This document shows positions 61,106-64,000 of a DNA stretch of 64,000 nucleotides, in pieces. The stretch lies in assembly GCA_028819575.1 (NCBI GenBank), contig JAPPLB010000147.1, forward strand, positions 251 through 64,250, in the 5' to 3' direction. The position numbers and the translations under genes are program-made. Origin of the DNA: Bryobacterales bacterium (lineage in GTDB: Bacteria > Acidobacteriota > Terriglobia > Bryobacterales > UBA6623). Under the pieces are notes generated by a model. It made no database searches. It saw nothing but the letters and a program-made list of their open reading frames with translations, and had not been told where the DNA came from. Each line of letters begins with the position of its first letter. Position 1 is the stretch's first letter.

Positions 61106-61969
61106 TCAAGAGTCCTTGATCGGCGGCTGATTTGTTTCTTGCGACAGTTCGTTCAGACGTACCTCGAGAGCCTTAAGAAAGGCCTTTCGAACTTTGCTTT
61201 TCTGCGCGGAGTCGAGGTCGTGGCCAAGCACATTTCGCGAACTTGCCAGGAGAGGTGCATCAATCTGCTTCGGTCGTGTTTTCGTCTGTAAGATGCTGTC
61301 GAAAAGTGTGGCAACTTCTCCCTCAGGCACCTTGTTAGCTAAGTTCCGTGCGACTTTTTCGAGAGGATCGACAGCATCACTAGATCCACTTGGTTCAGGT
61401 GTAGGATCCTCAGAGAGTAGCTCAGATACGGTGTGAGAACTGCGCTTCATGAAATTGCCGAGGTCAGATGCTTCCCATTGGTAGGTTACATCGGCCTCTT
61501 GAAGAAGAAACAAGGACTGACTTCCGCGGGCCGGCTTGATTCCGATCAGGTGAACTCGAACCCCATACTCTTGTGCCACTTGTACCCCGACTCTGAGATC
61601 TTCATCCCCGGAAAGCAGTACGCACTCAGCCATAGCTCGGTTGCGTGCGAGTGTGATCATATCGGTGATGATCAGAGAATCAACACCTTTCTGCTGACCG
61701 TAAGAATTCACGAAGCCGAGTCGGATCTTGACATCCGTCAGTTCAGCCAACGCAATGTGCTGAGGTGACGGCCCCTGGGAAGTGCCGTCGTACCAGTAGA
61801 TTCTGAGCAACTTCAAGTTCGACTGAGTTTCCGCGAATGCCTTCAGGTAGGCAACAGCGGCACTGTGGTCGAGATTCATCTCACCGCGCTTCAACTTCTC
61901 ACCGAAAAGCTCGTGTGACCCCTGGGCGAAGAGGTAGCCTGCATCAACGAAGACGGCGACACGATCCAT
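61106..61969 (-). CDS. NYN (LabA-like, PIN-fold) nuclease domain protein with helical C-terminal extension
   Basis: From ATG 61969: MDRVAVFVDAGYLF, QQKGVDSLIITDM and LLSGDEDLRVGV are the NYN acidic motifs. Confidence 0.7.
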   Translation of the reverse strand: MDRVAVFVDAGYLFAQGSHELFGEKLKRGEMNLDHSAAVAYLKAFAETQSNLKLLRIYWYDGTSQGPSPQHIALAELTDVKIRLGFVNSYGQQKGVDSLIITDMITLARNRAMAECVLLSGDEDLRVGVQVAQEYGVRVHLIGIKPARGSQSLFLLQEADVTYQWEASDLGNFMKRSSHTVSELLSEDPTPEPSGSSDAVDPLEKVARNLANKVPEGEVATLFDSILQTKTRPKQIDAPLLASSRNVLGHDLDSAQKSKVRKAFLKALEVRLNELSQETNQPPIKDS

Positions 61970-62064
61970 GCCAAGTTTTCTCTTCAGAACCACGTGGAGG
62001 CCCCCGAAGGGGCCTCCTATTAAGCTGCCCAATTTATTAAGACTAGATCGGGCAACCACTACGA

Positions 62065-62406
62065 CTATATAGACACCTTGTTGCTCTTGTCAACCGCGAC
62101 GGCCGACTGCCTCACCTCTCTGCCGCCGACAGGACGGAGTGGCTGATCAAGCAGTGTCGTCGCCGCTGCGAGCACTATGTCTTGGATCAGTCTCCCGATG
62201 CTGCCCTCAGCGCGGTCCCAGCGGTTCCTTGCCTGTCTCCAGAGTGAAATCTGGAGCATCTCCTGAGACAGCACCACGAACTTTCCCCTTCTCTTCAGGG
62301 AATGTCTGCTCAAAGCGTCGTAGAGAAGGGGAGCATTCTGTGATCTGACGCTGATCATTACCGAAACGATCCTTTCCGCACCATGTCTCTTTGCAAATCT
62401 TCGCAT
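62065..62406 (-). CDS. Doubtful hypothetical ORF
   Basis: 113-aa ORF upstream of the NYN gene. Its start is only 20 nt from the divergent 62427 start, and no family is recognised. Confidence 0.2.
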   Translation of the reverse strand: MRRFAKRHGAERIVSVMISVRSQNAPLLYDALSRHSLKRRGKFVVLSQEMLQISLWRQARNRWDRAEGSIGRLIQDIVLAAATTLLDQPLRPVGGREVRQSAVAVDKSNKVSI

Positions 62407-62426
62407 GTGCCATATCGTAGGCTCCT

Positions 62427-63035
62427 ATGGCCAACTATACAGCGAGAGACCTTGTCGATACCGGTACATTGCCGCCCAGGGCACTGGAGGCCTGCGTCGA
62501 ATGCATCCGCTTGCGGCGCAACATCCTCGTAACTGGCGAGACAGGTTCTGGCAAGACCACCTTGATCCAGGCCCTGGCGGGCCTGCTCCCCGACAGCGAA
62601 CCCGTGCTCATTCTCGATGACGGCGACGAACTAGCACTGGACGATCTGCACCGAGAGCGTGTCTTTCTTCGGAGAGGAGACCTCCAGAATCCGCCGCGGC
62701 AAGTGGTTGCACGTGCTCTTCGGAACACGCCCCGCCGCCTCATAGTCGGTAACATTTGTCCTCCTGAGACCGGAGAGATACTGCGAGCTCTTGGCAGCGG
62801 CCGCTATAACGGCAGCTTGCTCGCAACGGGCGCGGCCTCAGCCGATACGGCTCTCCGCCAACTAGCTGCATGGAGCCTAGTCGATGGCTACTCCTGGGAG
62901 GCCGCCTGCCACGTAATCATCGCGCAGATTCACCTAGTGATGCGCCTCGCGCGTGGACCCGGCGGTTTCCGTCACGTGGCCGAAACCGCTTACTTGGAGG
63001 CGTCCGAAGGCGGCTGGACGCTACGGGCGGCTTAA
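62427..63035 (+). CDS. VirB11/CpaF-like ATPase core, N-terminally short and with degenerate catalytic motifs (possible remnant)
   Basis: Walker A GETGSGKTT is kept. LDDGDEL replaces IEDTREL, RLIVGNICPPET replaces RLIVGEVRGEEA, and SGRYNGSLLATGAA replaces TGHGGSISTVHA (compare the gene at 24679). Confidence 0.5.
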   Translation: MANYTARDLVDTGTLPPRALEACVECIRLRRNILVTGETGSGKTTLIQALAGLLPDSEPVLILDDGDELALDDLHRERVFLRRGDLQNPPRQVVARALRNTPRRLIVGNICPPETGEILRALGSGRYNGSLLATGAASADTALRQLAAWSLVDGYSWEAACHVIIAQIHLVMRLARGPGGFRHVAETAYLEASEGGWTLRAA

Positions 63036-63154
63036 TTTCGCACAGTTCCGTAGAATCTCCCACCCCAGCGCTCAGCGCAGTCCAACAGTAACCCGCAACG
63101 ACTGCCACCTCGCAGTCAGAAGAACGATTTAAGGTACCCGCGTGTAACCGGTAA

Positions 63155-63175
63155 ACGTAAGATGTCGTCTTACGT
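63155..63175. promoter_or_regulatory. Inverted repeat overlapping the 5' end region of the RHH gene (candidate operator)
   Basis: ACGTAAGA-TGTCG-TCTTACGT ends 3 nt before ATG 63178. Confidence 0.35.
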
Positions 63176-63177
63176 AC

Positions 63178-63690
63178 ATGTCAATGCACACTTTAACGTT
63201 CCGCCTCAGCAATGAGGACCATCGGAATCTAGAGAGGATTGTGAATGAGATGCAAGAGTCAACCAGCGTGGATCTTACATCGAGCGATGTCTTGCGGATG
63301 CTCATCCGCGAAGAGGTTCATAGACGGCAGTCGTATGGCCCGCACTTGTTGCGCGACGTAATTTGTACTCGGACTCACGACGGAAAAGCCGTAGTTACTG
63401 GAGTGACTCATGACTGGGTGGTGCATTCCCCCGGTGGATTCGAATGGGGTTATTCCGGGAACGGTCCCTTGGAGTTAGCGCTCAACGTCCTGCTCTACGC
63501 GACGGGAAATCGACGTTTCGCCGGTAAGCACTGCTTGCGATTCCGCGATGAGGTCGTCGGAAGAATTCCGCTATCGGGAGGCGTACTGCGTGCACGGGAA
63601 GTCCTTGAGTGGGTCGCACGCTTCAGCGACGACGACCGAGCCAGAGAAGCTGTGGCGGGGCGCAAAGAATCAGCGGAACCAGGGAGTTGA
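63178..63690 (+). CDS. RHH domain fused to GFEWGY-motif (DUF6166-like) domain
   Basis: N-terminus HTLTFRLSNEDHRNLERIVNEMQ...SDVLRMLIREEV is RHH-like. C-terminus VVHSPGGFEWGYSGNGPLELALNVLLYATG is a paralog of 45473-45787. Confidence 0.65.
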   Translation: MSMHTLTFRLSNEDHRNLERIVNEMQESTSVDLTSSDVLRMLIREEVHRRQSYGPHLLRDVICTRTHDGKAVVTGVTHDWVVHSPGGFEWGYSGNGPLELALNVLLYATGNRRFAGKHCLRFRDEVVGRIPLSGGVLRAREVLEWVARFSDDDRAREAVAGRKESAEPGS

Positions 63691-63729
63691 TCCCTCGCTT
63701 CTCTCTAGCGCACTCTTATAAGGTTTCTC

Positions 63730-63749
63730 GCAGAAAGGATCCTTTCTGC
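63730..63749. promoter_or_regulatory. Perfect 20-bp palindrome upstream of the serine recombinase gene
   Basis: GCAGAAAGGATCCTTTCTGC. A second imperfect IR TTGAACCCCC-TTTCC-AGGGGTCAA lies at 63781-63804. Confidence 0.4.
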
Positions 63750-63858
63750 AACGTTGCACCCGCTCCCCGGTTTTCACGCTTTGAACCCCCTTTCCAGGGG
63801 TCAAATAGCGTTACGGTGATAAAATCGTCACTGAAAGACGCTTGCAGGGTAACTGATC

Positions 63859-64000
63859 GTGAAAATTGGGTACGCCCGAGTCTCCACCGTCGACCAGGAC
63901 CCGGAGCTGCAAATCAGCGCTCTCAGCGACGCCCGCTGTGAACGAATCTTCACCGAGTACGCTTCCGGCATCACCCGCAAGCGCCCCGAACTCGACCGCC
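63859..64000 (+). CDS. Serine recombinase (resolvase/invertase family), N-terminal fragment, continues past window
   Basis: From GTG 63859: VKIGYARVSTVDQDPELQISALSDARCERIFTEYASGITRKRPELDR. This is the classic IGYARVST catalytic-Ser motif. Confidence 0.8.
   Translation, partial: MKIGYARVSTVDQDPELQISALSDARCERIFTEYASGITRKRPELDR

Larger units (their letters stand above)
8300..64000. mobile_element. Plasmid-like conjugative element (integrated or replicon-borne); right end outside window, left end approximate
   Basis: Content switches at 8286-8396 from core metabolism to RepA + iterons, T4SS, coupling protein, primase, ArdC, ParA/RHH, small-ORF array, defence-like cargo and a serine recombinase. 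Confidence 0.6.

Overview
High-GC bacterial DNA: hand counts on a few 60-nt lines give about 62-72% GC in most genes. No full computation was done. Positions 1-8.3 kb look like ordinary chromosomal core. They hold a DUF2442/DUF4160 pair, a lipoate cluster (2-oxoacid dehydrogenase E2, lipB, lpdA), rho, a small membrane protein, an amidohydrolase and an SRPBCC protein. From about 8.3 kb to the window end everything looks like a plasmid-like conjugative element. It has a RepA-type initiator followed by 7 iterons. It has a VirB/Trb-type T4SS in separated blocks (virB2-B3-B4; virD4-virB11; virB9-B10-trbJ-virB6-virB8). It also has a RepB-type primase, two ArdC genes (one fused to ankyrin repeats), a candidate oriT and a ParA/RHH partition locus. 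A 16-kb single-strand array of small ORFs spans 36.4-52.3 kb. Eleven of its transcription units are each preceded by the same ~50-nt hairpin element plus a strong Shine-Dalgarno. The array ends in a half-copy of that hairpin at 52.28 kb, exactly where visibly lower-GC cargo begins. That cargo starts with a translationally coupled five-gene operon: metallophosphoesterase, helical protein, two P-loop GTPases and a ~680-aa protein. I consider this operon the best candidate for an uncharacterised conflict/defence system. It is followed by an SRAP gene, a NYN-nuclease + Ser1 Ntn-hydrolase pair, a degenerate VirB11-like ATPase, an RHH-fusion protein and the 5' end of a serine recombinase. I found no rRNA, tRNA, CRISPR array or recognisable relaxase. 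All family assignments come from motif recognition by eye and memory, not from searches.
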